Of a DNA stretch of 19,262 bases, positions 1 through 7,901 are shown in pieces. The DNA is from an uncultured Cytophagales bacterium (GTDB taxonomy: Bacteria; Bacteroidota; Bacteroidia; Cytophagales; Thermoflexibacteraceae), in the NCBI GenBank assembly GCA_964577275.1, contig CAZNYR010000073.1, positions 599 to 19,860 on the forward strand. The letters are read 5' to 3'. How positions within the stretch are numbered: position 1 is the first letter of the stretch; each line of letters opens with the position of its first letter. The notes under the pieces were generated by a model. The model ran no database searches. It was not told the DNA's origin and saw only the letters and a list, made by a program, of their open reading frames with translations. The position numbers and the translations under genes were made by a program.

Positions 1-3000
1 CCGCCGCCACCGCCACCGCCACCAGTTGTGGGTGGGGCGGGATTTGGATTTTGATAAATAATTAATTCACCATTATTTGTCGTGATGGCTAAATCCATAT
101 CGCCATCACCATCTGCATCATAAGCCTCGATAGCAGTTGGCGTATTTGGTAAACTGATGGTTTTGAATGTATTATAACTTCCTGTTCCATCATTTTTTAG
201 TATTGAAATATTCTTGCCATCACCATTGGCTGTGGCAACGTCCAGATGACCATCGCCATCCATATCAAAAATGACGATTCCGAGAGGACCACCGCCCACG
301 GCGAAATCAGTTTTTGCGCTGTAATTTCCTGCGCCATTATTTTTCAAAACTGAAACATTATCCGAACTATTATTGGATGCAATCAAATCCATATCGCCAT
401 CGCCATCTACGTCCACTGCCTTGACGACCTGCGGAGAAGTTCCTGCGGTATAATCGGTTTTTGTGCCATAATTTCCTGTACCATCATTCAACAAAACGGA
501 CAGATTATTTGAATTTCGGTTGGCTACTGCCAAGTCCATATCGCCATCGGCATCCGCATCAAAAGCCGTAACGCTGTACGGAGCTGTTCCGACTGCATAT
601 TTTGTGGTTGTGGCATATCCTCCTGCGCCGTTATTTTTCAAGACCATGACTTCATTTGAGCCTTCTAATGCTACGGCTAAATCCAAATCGCCATCGGCAT
701 CTGCATCAAAAGTGGTGATACCGTAAGGATTTGTTCCTGCACCAAAATCGGTACGGGTATAATTTCCAGTTCCATCATTTTTTAGGATAGAAATATTACC
801 TGAATTAGAGTTTGTTAGGGCTAAATCCATATCGCCATCGCCATCTACATCTAAAGCTACGGCAGTATGAGGCGAATTATCGGTAGCAAAGTCCGTTTTT
901 GTGGCGTAACTTCCCGTTCCATCATTTTTGAAAATGGAAATATTGTTAGCACCTCGATTCACAACAGCTAAGTCCAAATCGCCATCGCCATCCACATCCA
1001 AAGTTACTACGGTATTTGGATTTGTTCCTGTGGCAAGTCCGTTTCCGGCGGTCTGAAATTCGGTAGTTCCTGCATTTGCCTTGACCGTAAATGAAAATTG
1101 CGTTTTGGCATCGCCGCCATCGGTGCTTTGCACGCCGTTCGTAAAAATGACGGTTATTGTTTCGCCCGCCTTAAAAGATTTAGTAGGATTGTAGGTTACG
1201 GTCGAAGTTCCGCCGCCTGACCAAGTTCCTGCGGTATGAAGTCCTGATTGTGAGCCAATAATTTTGATATTCGTTGTGTTCAGGGTTGCTCCATTAATGG
1301 CTTTGCTGAAAGCGACCTGAATAGCAGTATTGGCATTTTGGTTTATGGCATTATTCGTTGGGCTAACCGAATTGACGGTGGCAGGTGGTGCTGCATTTCT
1401 AAGAATTTGTAATTTGCCATCATTTGTTACGATAGCTAAATCCATATCGCCGTCATTATCAGCATCATAAGCCGAAATGGCGTTTACTTTCACACCAATA
1501 TTCATGTTGGTAGCCGTACCGTAATTTCCTGTTCCTCCGTTGGTTAAGAAAGCGATATTCGTACCATCGTGATTTGCTACGGCTAAATCTAAATCGCCAT
1601 CGCCATCCGCATCATAAGCCGTAGTTCCATAAGGGAAACCATTTACACCAAAGTTTATTGGTGTGTCATAACTTCCCGAACCATTATTTTTCAAAAGTGA
1701 TACATTGCCCGAATTATAATTTGTTGAAACTATATCCATATCACCATCGCTATCTGCATCTAAAATTGTTAAAGCTAAAGGATAATCGCCTGCGGCAAAA
1801 TCTGTTTTTGTGCCATAGCTACCTGTTCCGTCATTCAACAAAACAGAAATATTATCCGACTGATAGTTAGCGACTGCCAAGTCTATATCTCCATCATTAT
1901 CCGCATCAAAGGCTTCTACATAAATCGGGTCATAATCGACACTTCCTACCGCATATCCCGTAGATGTGCCGTAATTTCCTGAACCATCATTCATAAAAAC
2001 TGCTACTTCATGAGGTTTACCAACTGCTACGGCTAAATCCAAATCGCCATCGGCATCGGCATCCAAAGCCGTAATACCAGTAGGAAAAAGTCCCGTAGCA
2101 ATCGTGCTGGTACTGGAAAAATCTCCTGTACCATTATTTTTCATGATGTAAATATTATTTGCACCTGCGTTAGTTACTGCCAAATCCATATCGCCATCGC
2201 CATCTACGTCTAAGGCAACTCCTATGAAAGTTTGATCGCCTGCACCAAAATCCGTTTTTGCTCCGTAATTTCCATTTCCATTATTTTTGAAGATAGAGAT
2301 ATTGTCCGAACCATTATTCAGGACACCCATGTCCAAATCGCCATCCCCATCGACATCCAGCGGAATAACATCAAAAGGCGTGGCTCCTGCCGTTAGTCCG
2401 CCACCGCTTACGGTTTGGAAGAAGGTAGTTCCTGCATTTGCCTTGACCGTAAATGAAAATTGGGCTTTGGCATTGCCGCCTTGTCCTGTTTTTGAGCCAC
2501 TAAACACAACGCTGACGGTTTCGCCCGCCTTGAAAGGTGTGGTCGGCGTGTAGGTTACGGTCGAAGTTCCGCCGCCCGTCCAATTTCCGCCCGTGTTTGC
2601 ACCTGATTGTGAACCGATAATTTTTACGTTGGTTGCGTTTAATGTTGCGCCATCAATGACCGTACTGAAAGCCACTTGAATGGCGACATTTGTATTTTGA
2701 TTCAGGGCATTATTCGTTGGGCTAACCGAATTGACGGTGGCAGGTGGAACAGCAGGCAACGCAGGATAAACCCACAACTCCTCTCCGTTAATGCCGTTGT
2801 TAGCCGTAAAAATGAGTTTTGTGCCTACGACTGTCAAACCACTGGGGCTACCGTTTCCTGCACCTGCTTGAATATTAGCGAAAAGCTGCGTATTTCCTGC
2901 CGTACCATCCGTTACCCAAAGTTCTCGTCCGTTTGTGCCATCATCTGCTACGAAATACAATTTATTATCATACACGATAAATTGAGCAGGGCTACTACTT

Positions 3001-4157
3001 CCTGCAGGATGAATATCTTTTAACATTTGTGTACCAGCTCCCGTGCCGTCTGTTTCCCATAATTCTATCTGAGTTCCATCTCCTGCACTGAAATATAATT
3101 TGCCATTGAAAACGGTTAGATTGTTGGGATAAGCATTACTAACACCTCCTCCGACATTAATATCTTTGACGATTTGCGTCCCTAAGGCTGTGCCATCGCT
3201 CATCCAGAGTTCTGTGTTTTCTGCGTTAAAAATACCCATAAATGGGTCGATACTACCCGCATCGCTTGCTGTGAAATATAATTTACCATTAAATTCTATA
3301 AAATTATCGATAGCACTTTCACCACTTCCCGGATTGATGTCTTTGACCAATACGGTTCCAGCAGCAGTTCCATCGCTGACATAAAGTTCATTCCCAGTGG
3401 TAGCGTCAGTTCCACGGAAAAATAATTTATTGCCCCCTATCACGGTCAAATTAAATGGAATACTTCCTGCTGCGCCAGTTCGAATATCTTTGAGCATTTG
3501 CGTACCTGCCGCTGTGCCGTCCGTTTCCCAGAGTTCACTTCCATTGGTGCCTTCATTGGCTGTGAAATACATTTTTCCGCCCATGACCACAAACTTTAAG
3601 CCACCAGAACCAATCGAACTCCCAGCACCGACATTAATATCTTTGAGCATTTTCGTCCCAGCTACTGTACCATCCGATTCCCAAAGTTCTCGTCCGTTTG
3701 TGCCATCGTTGGCGACGAAATAAAATTTGCCATTAAAAAGAGTCAGGGCTTCTGCATCCGAACCATTGGCACCAGGATTAATATCTTTGAAGAGTTGAGT
3801 ACCAGCCGTTGTGCCATCGCTTACCCAAAGTTCTTTTCCATTTACAGCATCATCAGCCATAAAATAAAATTTACCACCAAACTCAATGAATTCACTATTA
3901 AAAACGCCCCAACCGCCACCTGCTTGGATGTCTTTGAGGAGTTGTGTACCCGTAGGCGTGCCGTCCGTTACCCAAAGTTCGCCACCATGCGTCCCATCAG
4001 ATAGTTCGACATAGAGCTTGCCTCCAAAAACTATCTTTTTGTTGATAAAAATATCACCACCAGCATTAATATCCTTGAGTAAGGATTGTGCCTGCAAGCT
4101 ATTTCCCGTGAAAAACAGGAAAGCCAATGCGATTACGCCAAAGTATTTTCTTACCAT
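1..4157 (-). CDS. Giant secreted repeat protein, partial. The C-terminal end lies beyond the left window edge. Architecture: signal peptide, ~9 ELWxxDGT repeats, two tandem modules each of an Ig-like domain plus 7 FG-GAP/VCBS-type Ca-binding repeats, then a poly-Gly linker. Adhesin-like; a T9SS C-terminal sorting domain probably lies off-window (inference).
   Basis: The ATG is the reverse complement of 'cat' at 4155-4157, giving MVRKYFGVIALAFLFFTGNSLQAQS..., which looks like a signal peptide. I translated the minus strand by hand and it stays open from 4157 to position 1. The N-terminal third carries GELWVTDGT, KELWVSDGT, RELWESDGT, SELWETDGT and similar units about every 50 aa. After that come two copies of ...PPATVNSVSPTNNA(I/L)NQN...IKIIGSQSG...FSFTVKANAGTT..., an Ig-like segment. 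Each copy is followed by 7 units of xDxDxDGDxDLAV...NDGTGNY at a 147-bp period. The window ends in GGTGGC-type codons for GGGGGGG. This gene is absent from the supplied track, presumably because it has no stop inside the window. Confidence 0.8.
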   Translation of the reverse strand, partial: MVRKYFGVIALAFLFFTGNSLQAQSLLKDINAGGDIFINKKIVFGGKLYVELSDGTHGGELWVTDGTPTGTQLLKDIQAGGGWGVFNSEFIEFGGKFYFMADDAVNGKELWVSDGTTAGTQLFKDINPGANGSDAEALTLFNGKFYFVANDGTNGRELWESDGTVAGTKMLKDINVGAGSSIGSGGLKFVVMGGKMYFTANEGTNGSELWETDGTAAGTQMLKDIRTGAAGSIPFNLTVIGGNKLFFRGTDATTGNELYVSDGTAAGTVLVKDINPGSGESAIDNFIEFNGKLYFTASDAGSIDPFMGIFNAENTELWMSDGTALGTQIVKDINVGGGVSNAYPNNLTVFNGKLYFSAGDGTQIELWETDGTGAGTQMLKDIHPAGSSSPAQFIVYDNKLYFVADDGTNGRELWVTDGTAGNTQLFANIQAGAGNGSPSGLTVVGTKLIFTANNGINGEELWVYPALPAVPPATVNSVSPTNNALNQNTNVAIQVAFSTVIDGATLNATNVKIIGSQSGANTGGNWTGGGTSTVTYTPTTPFKAGETVSVVFSGSKTGQGGNAKAQFSFTVKANAGTTFFQTVSGGGLTAGATPFDVIPLDVDGDGDLDMGVLNNGSDNISIFKNNGNGNYGAKTDFGAGDQTFIGVALDVDGDGDMDLAVTNAGANNIYIMKNNGTGDFSSTSTIATGLFPTGITALDADADGDLDLAVAVGKPHEVAVFMNDGSGNYGTSTGYAVGSVDYDPIYVEAFDADNDGDIDLAVANYQSDNISVLLNDGTGSYGTKTDFAAGDYPLALTILDADSDGDMDIVSTNYNSGNVSLLKNNGSGSYDTPINFGVNGFPYGTTAYDADGDGDLDLAVANHDGTNIAFLTNGGTGNYGTATNMNIGVKVNAISAYDADNDGDMDLAIVTNDGKLQILRNAAPPATVNSVSPTNNAINQNANTAIQVAFSKAINGATLNTTNIKIIGSQSGLHTAGTWSGGGTSTVTYNPTKSFKAGETITVIFTNGVQSTDGGDAKTQFSFTVKANAGTTEFQTAGNGLATGTNPNTVVTLDVDGDGDLDLAVVNRGANNISIFKNDGTGSYATKTDFATDNSPHTAVALDVDGDGDMDLALTNSNSGNISILKNDGTGNYTRTDFGAGTNPYGITTFDADADGDLDLAVALEGSNEVMVLKNNGAGGYATTTKYAVGTAPYSVTAFDADADGDMDLAVANRNSNNLSVLLNDGTGNYGTKTDYTAGTSPQVVKAVDVDGDGDMDLIASNNSSDNVSVLKNNGAGNYSAKTDFAVGGGPLGIVIFDMDGDGHLDVATANGDGKNISILKNDGTGSYNTFKTISLPNTPTAIEAYDADGDGDMDLAITTNNGELIIYQNPNPAPPTTGGGGGGG
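25..2755 (-). repeat. Intragenic tandem duplication: two ~1.36-kb modules (about 25-1395 and 1400-2755), each encoding an Ig-like domain plus a 7-unit FG-GAP/VCBS block
   Basis: Plus-strand blocks recur with an offset of 1359-1362 bp. Examples are 'ggtagttcctgcatttgccttgaccgtaaatgaaaattg' at 1062 and again at 2424, 'gtaggttacggtcgaagttccgccgcc', and 'attattcgttgggctaaccgaattgacggtggcaggtgg' at 1350-1388 and 2709-2747. Within each module the Asp-rich motif 'atccatatcgccatcgccatc' recurs about every 147 bp. Confidence 0.75.
2765..4080 (-). repeat. In-frame ELWxxDGT repeat array (~9 units of ~50 aa) in the N-terminal part of the giant protein
   Basis: Hand translation gives ELWVTDGT, ELWVSDGT, ELWESDGT, ELWETDGT, ELYVSDGT, ELWMSDGT, ELWETDGT, ELWVTDGT and a degenerate EELWVYPA. 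Each unit is followed by AGTQ(L/M)(L/F/V)KDI. Confidence 0.7.
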
Positions 4158-4217
4158 TTTGCTCTAATTGTTTTGAAGTTTTAAAATTTAAAAAAGGAAA
4201 AATTTTTGTTCTCGGAG

Positions 4218-4249
4218 CAAAACTAATGGAAACACAAGAGGAGATGCAA
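4218..4249 (-). promoter_or_regulatory. Candidate Bacteroidota sigma-A-type promoter for the giant repeat-protein gene. On the minus strand the -33 TTG is at 4249-4247 and the -7 TAGTTTTG is at 4225-4218.
   Basis: The plus strand reads 'caaaacta' at 4218-4225, which is TAGTTTTG on the minus strand and an exact TAnnTTTG. 'caa' at 4247-4249 gives TTG with a 21-nt spacer. The predicted 5' UTR to the ATG at 4157 is about 50 nt. Confidence 0.4.
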
Positions 4250-4645
4250 GAATTGATACCCTTCAAAATCCCTTTGAAAATAAAATAAGCTATGGTATTA
4301 TTCGTGTTTTTTTTGGTATAAAACCAAGATTTGCTTAAAGGTTTATTTTTGAGGCAAGAATAAAACGGAAGTTGGAGATTCGTGAAAATATATTTATTAT
4401 ATTGATTATCAAGTATTTAGACCGTATTTATCATTGAAAACTGTCTGGAAAATAAAAATAGATAAAATAGTTTTGTGAATAATGCACCCTTCATTTACAC
4501 TTCAAAAAATAGTAACTTCCTGAATTGATTTCCAGATAAATTAATGAGATGTATATTATTTTTTGTAATATTCCAAGATAAAAATGGTATTATTCAAATA
4601 TTTTTCAGGCATTTGATGTTCATCATTTGGACATCACGTCATGCC

Positions 4646-5335
4646 TTATCCTCCTAAAATTTGATTTATGACATCCCGAATTTTATTCATAATCGAAGCC
4701 AATTCGGAATCCGATTTATTGGCACTGACCATATCGGAGGTTTCGGAAAGCGGAGTACGTTCGGCAATCGTCAGGGCAAACATTTCGGTAAAGAAACACA
4801 CAAATTCGGCAGAAATTCCCGTTTTTTGTGCCTGAAAATTGACTCGAAACGAAAAATCCATGTGTTGTTGCAGTTGCGTGGGGATAATTTGTGCGACCAT
4901 TTCAGGGCTATATGTCTGAATTTCAGGGATGTGTCCAGTAATTTTTCGGTTCAAAATATCGGCGTATTTCGTAACGACCGAAGCCGCCAAAATATTATCG
5001 ACCTCCAATAGCATGGCTTCCCGCATTTCGGGATTTCCGATTAAACTCTTGGGTAACAGGGCTTTATAGGTTTTTGTAGCATTATTATCCGAAAAAATTA
5101 AGAATGAATTGGCTTTCATTTGTCCTACGATTTCGGTTCGTAATACGAAATATTTATCCTCGTCCAGCTTGACCGAATGCAAGACATCAGATGGCGATAG
5201 ATGCAAGGCTAAATGTTGCAAAATTACCTCGTCCTGAAGCATTTTAGCAAACGATTTGGCGGCATTTGCCAGCGCAATTTTTGCGGTGTCTTTTATCAAT
5301 TCGGCTTCCTCTTGTGTGAAAGATACAATCGCCAT
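4646..5335 (-). CDS. CheC/CheX-family protein (putative CheY-P phosphatase), 229 aa, last gene of the che-like operon
   Basis: The ATG is at 5335. 'LLEVDNILAASVVTKYADILNRKITGHIPEI' fits the CheC active-site motif E-x2-N-x22-P. The N-terminal 'DTAKIALANAAKSFAKML' resembles the first CheC repeat (EVGNIGAGHAATALSQLL-like), but its E/N positions are replaced by D/K. The gene sits directly downstream of cheA in the same orientation. Confidence 0.55.
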   Translation of the reverse strand: MAIVSFTQEEAELIKDTAKIALANAAKSFAKMLQDEVILQHLALHLSPSDVLHSVKLDEDKYFVLRTEIVGQMKANSFLIFSDNNATKTYKALLPKSLIGNPEMREAMLLEVDNILAASVVTKYADILNRKITGHIPEIQTYSPEMVAQIIPTQLQQHMDFSFRVNFQAQKTGISAEFVCFFTEMFALTIAERTPLSETSDMVSANKSDSELASIMNKIRDVINQILGG

Positions 5336-5377
5336 AATCTATCTTAATTATTAATTTTATTTCTTATAATAATGATA

Positions 5378-7204
5378 TTACGTTAAAACTGTATGATTGG
5401 TCGAAATAGACGATATTTTACCAGCGGCAAACAAATGATTAACGACCGAAGGAATATCCATGACCAAACACACATTTCCATTTCCCAAAATCGTAACGCC
5501 ACTGATAAATGGCACTTTATCAGCGGGTTTACTCAATGGTTTTTCGATAATTTCTTTTTGGTGCAAGAGCTTATCCACGACCAAACCTACCAGCCGATTG
5601 GTGGCAGAAATGACAATGACAAACAACTCGTCTTGGTCGGATAATTGCTCATAACCACGATGCAAAATCTTGCTTTCGTACAAATTTTCGAGGCACTCTG
5701 ACGTGAACAAATCACTCAACCAGACGACCGAAATTGTTTGATTGAGATAGGTTGCCGCCAGCCCTTTGCCGACTTTATGAATATCTGATTTTTTGAGGTT
5801 GATGACCGCCTCGGTAAATATCAGCGGAATGGCATATTCGGTATTTTGGGAAATAAACAAAAGCACACTTTTGACCGCCATCGAAGCGGGCAAAAACATA
5901 CTTATTTTTGAGCCTTTGCCGATGGCTGTCGTGATTTTGACTTTGCCCCCCACCGAATCAGTCGCTCGTTTCACCACATCCATTCCCACGCCCCGCCCCG
6001 ATACGGCGGTTACTTTTTCTGCACTGGAAAATCCAGCCTCAAAAATAAGATTAATAACCTCATTATCAGATATTTGTGCTGCCGTTTGTGGCGTTAAAAA
6101 TCCTTTTTCGAGGGCTTTTTTTCGGATAATATCGGCAACGATACCGCGCCCGTCATCAGCCACTTCAATCACGACATGGTCTTTATCATTTCGTGCCGAA
6201 AGCGTTACTTTGCCTACGGGATTTTTGCCGATTTTTTGGCGTTCATCGGCGGGTTCGATGCCATGACTAATTGCATTTCGGACAAGATGAATCAAGGAAT
6301 CGCTAATAATTTGCAAAATATTTCGGTCGATTTCAACGTCCGTGCCTTGCAATTCGAGTTGTACTTTTTTGCCTTCCTTGACGGAAATATCACGGATAAT
6401 CCGATGAAATTTGTTGAACAAAACGCTCACTTGCACCAGCCGAACACCCATGACGGAATATTGCAAATCGGAAGTAATGCGATACAAGGCAGCATAATCG
6501 TTTTCGTCTGCCAGTTCCGAAACTTGACTTTGGGTAATGAGTTTATCCTTTTCGATTGCCAATTCGCCGACCAGATTTAACAAATTATCCAACTTTTCGA
6601 CAGGCACCTGCACGAGGTCAGAAAACGTAATTTTGGGTTGCTGTTTTTTGTCGATGGATTCGTTCGTATCTTCCTGTTTATCAATACTTTCAGGTATTTC
6701 TAAGGCGGTTTGAGGCGTTGGGTTTTTGGGCGTGTTTTCAGCATCCTTTTGAGGCAAAATTTCTGTCGTTACGCTGTCGTCTTGGAGTTGGATGCCTTTG
6801 GCATTTCGTAAGATGACTTTGAGTTTGGTTTGGATGCCTTGATAGCGTACTTTTTCGCCCGATTGCACTGCCTGAATTAGCTCGCCTAATTTGTCATTGG
6901 CACGGAATAAATCATCAAAAATCGTGGTGGTTAATTGGAATTTATCCTGCCGAATTTCGCCAAAAATATCTTCGAGCAGGTGCGCTGTTTCGGAGATGGG
7001 CGTAAATCCCATCGCTGCGGCATTTGCCTTGAGGGTGTGAGTAATTCGGAAAATAGCATTTACTGCCTCTTTGTCAGCGTGGTCATTTTCCAACTTGACA
7101 AAAAACTGATTGAGTTCTTCGTAATTTTCGAGTGCCTCTGCCAAAAATAATGCTTTGTATTCTTCTTCCTTCGCCATAGGTTTATCGTCATGCCGTGATG
7201 CCAT
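5378..7204 (-). CDS. cheA: Chemotaxis-type histidine kinase CheA with HPt, dimerisation, HATPase and CheW-like domains; no recognisable P2 domain
   Basis: The HPt motif is 'AIFRITHTLKANAAAMGF'. A low-complexity linker rich in Q/E/D/K/P/T follows, then the ATP-binding motifs 'HLVRNAISHGIE', 'EVADDGRGI' and 'GRGVGMDVV'. The C-terminal ~130 aa are CheW-like. The track ORF starts with TTG at 7210. I prefer the in-frame ATG at 7204, 9 nt after the cheY stop. Confidence 0.9.
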   Translation of the reverse strand: MASRHDDKPMAKEEEYKALFLAEALENYEELNQFFVKLENDHADKEAVNAIFRITHTLKANAAAMGFTPISETAHLLEDIFGEIRQDKFQLTTTIFDDLFRANDKLGELIQAVQSGEKVRYQGIQTKLKVILRNAKGIQLQDDSVTTEILPQKDAENTPKNPTPQTALEIPESIDKQEDTNESIDKKQQPKITFSDLVQVPVEKLDNLLNLVGELAIEKDKLITQSQVSELADENDYAALYRITSDLQYSVMGVRLVQVSVLFNKFHRIIRDISVKEGKKVQLELQGTDVEIDRNILQIISDSLIHLVRNAISHGIEPADERQKIGKNPVGKVTLSARNDKDHVVIEVADDGRGIVADIIRKKALEKGFLTPQTAAQISDNEVINLIFEAGFSSAEKVTAVSGRGVGMDVVKRATDSVGGKVKITTAIGKGSKISMFLPASMAVKSVLLFISQNTEYAIPLIFTEAVINLKKSDIHKVGKGLAATYLNQTISVVWLSDLFTSECLENLYESKILHRGYEQLSDQDELFVIVISATNRLVGLVVDKLLHQKEIIEKPLSKPADKVPFISGVTILGNGNVCLVMDIPSVVNHLFAAGKISSISTNHTVLT

Positions 7205-7213
7205 TTTCAATCA

Positions 7214-7573
7214 TTATCCCAAAACTTTATGAATCGAATCAATCAGTTGTTCGGGCGTAAAAGGTTTGACCACGTAGCCATCTGCTCCTAAAGACAATCC
7301 CGTATTAATGACTGATTGTTGTCCTACGGCACTGACCATCAGGATTTTAGTAGGACAATGTTCGTCTTTTAGGGTTTTGATAATATCCAAACCCAGCATA
7401 TCAGGCAAAATATTATCCAACGTAACGAGGTCTGGATTGAGGTCTAAAATCAAATCAATGGCATCCTCGCCTGTTCCTGCCTCGCCAACGACCTCAAAAT
7501 TTGCGCTGGTCAGGGCATCTTTGATGATGGTACGCATATACAAGGAATCATCTATCACAACGATTTTCTTCAT
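7214..7573 (-). CDS. cheY: CheY-like single-domain response regulator, 119 aa
   Basis: The ATG is at 7573. The protein reads MKKIVVIDDSLYMRT...VTLDNILPDM...MVSAVGQ...YVVKPF. This gives the acidic pocket DD, the phospho-acceptor Asp in LVTLD, and the conserved S/T and K-P of the receiver fold. Its stop lies 9 nt before the cheA start. Confidence 0.85.
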   Translation of the reverse strand: MKKIVVIDDSLYMRTIIKDALTSANFEVVGEAGTGEDAIDLILDLNPDLVTLDNILPDMLGLDIIKTLKDEHCPTKILMVSAVGQQSVINTGLSLGADGYVVKPFTPEQLIDSIHKVLG

Positions 7574-7901
7574 AATAATTTGAACGATGTATCAATTTTA
7601 CGATTTTGGATTTCTGTTTTTGAGTAAAGTAAATATATCAATTTAATTCGATTTCTCCTAATTTAGTCAGCGATTTGACAAATGGGCGAAAATTCGGGGC
7701 ATATTTTCCAGTAAATCCGCAAATAAAAGTCCCTGAAAATTGGGTGGTTTCGGACACGCCCAATTAGACTAAATGCTTGCTCAAAGCCTTGTAAATTAAG
7801 GATTTATTGTGTGTTTTTTGGCTCATTGGTTATTTTTATTTCGTGTTTTTTTCCTGTATCTTCGCTTTGTGATAAACACAAAAAAAGACCAAAAAACACA
7901 C

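Noticed and set aside
25-2400. A 147-bp periodic repeat that could superficially resemble a CRISPR array or satellite
   Set aside because: The units are in-frame FG-GAP/VCBS codons with divergent 'spacers' of the same coding frame. There are no invariant direct repeats or a leader, and the units vary in sequence.
520-4004. Plus-strand track ORFs inside the adhesin gene (520-726, 2287-2553, 2676-3023, 3166-3384, 3397-3723, 3795-4004)
   Set aside because: They are antisense to a continuous minus-strand frame carrying conserved repeat motifs. Their products are low-complexity (poly-Ser/Pro/Ala) translations of the repeat DNA.
4403-4413. An FNR/CRP-type site suggested by the TTGAT...ATCAA half-sites here and at 14236-14254
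   Set aside because: The half-site spacing is 1 nt, not the 4 nt of FNR boxes (TTGAT-N4-ATCAA). I keep it only as an unclassified palindrome.
4661-7150. Track ORFs antisense to the cheC-like and cheA genes (4661-5011, 5393-5644, 5460-5654, 5793-6266, 6176-6580, 6935-7150)
   Set aside because: They overlap strongly supported genes on the other strand and have no recognisable motifs. Their composition is typical of antisense frames.
7210-7210. TTG start for cheA at 7210 as drawn in the track
   Set aside because: An in-frame ATG lies two codons downstream at 7204. Either is possible, but ATG is preferred.
7809-7901. The 31-codon N-terminal extension of the HMGL-like ORF (track start 7809)
   Set aside because: It starts at a GTG, encodes a hydrophobic, non-conserved peptide (MCFLAHWLFLFRVFFLYLRF) and overlaps the upstream regulatory region. 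The homology to HMG-CoA lyase begins exactly at the ATG at 7902.
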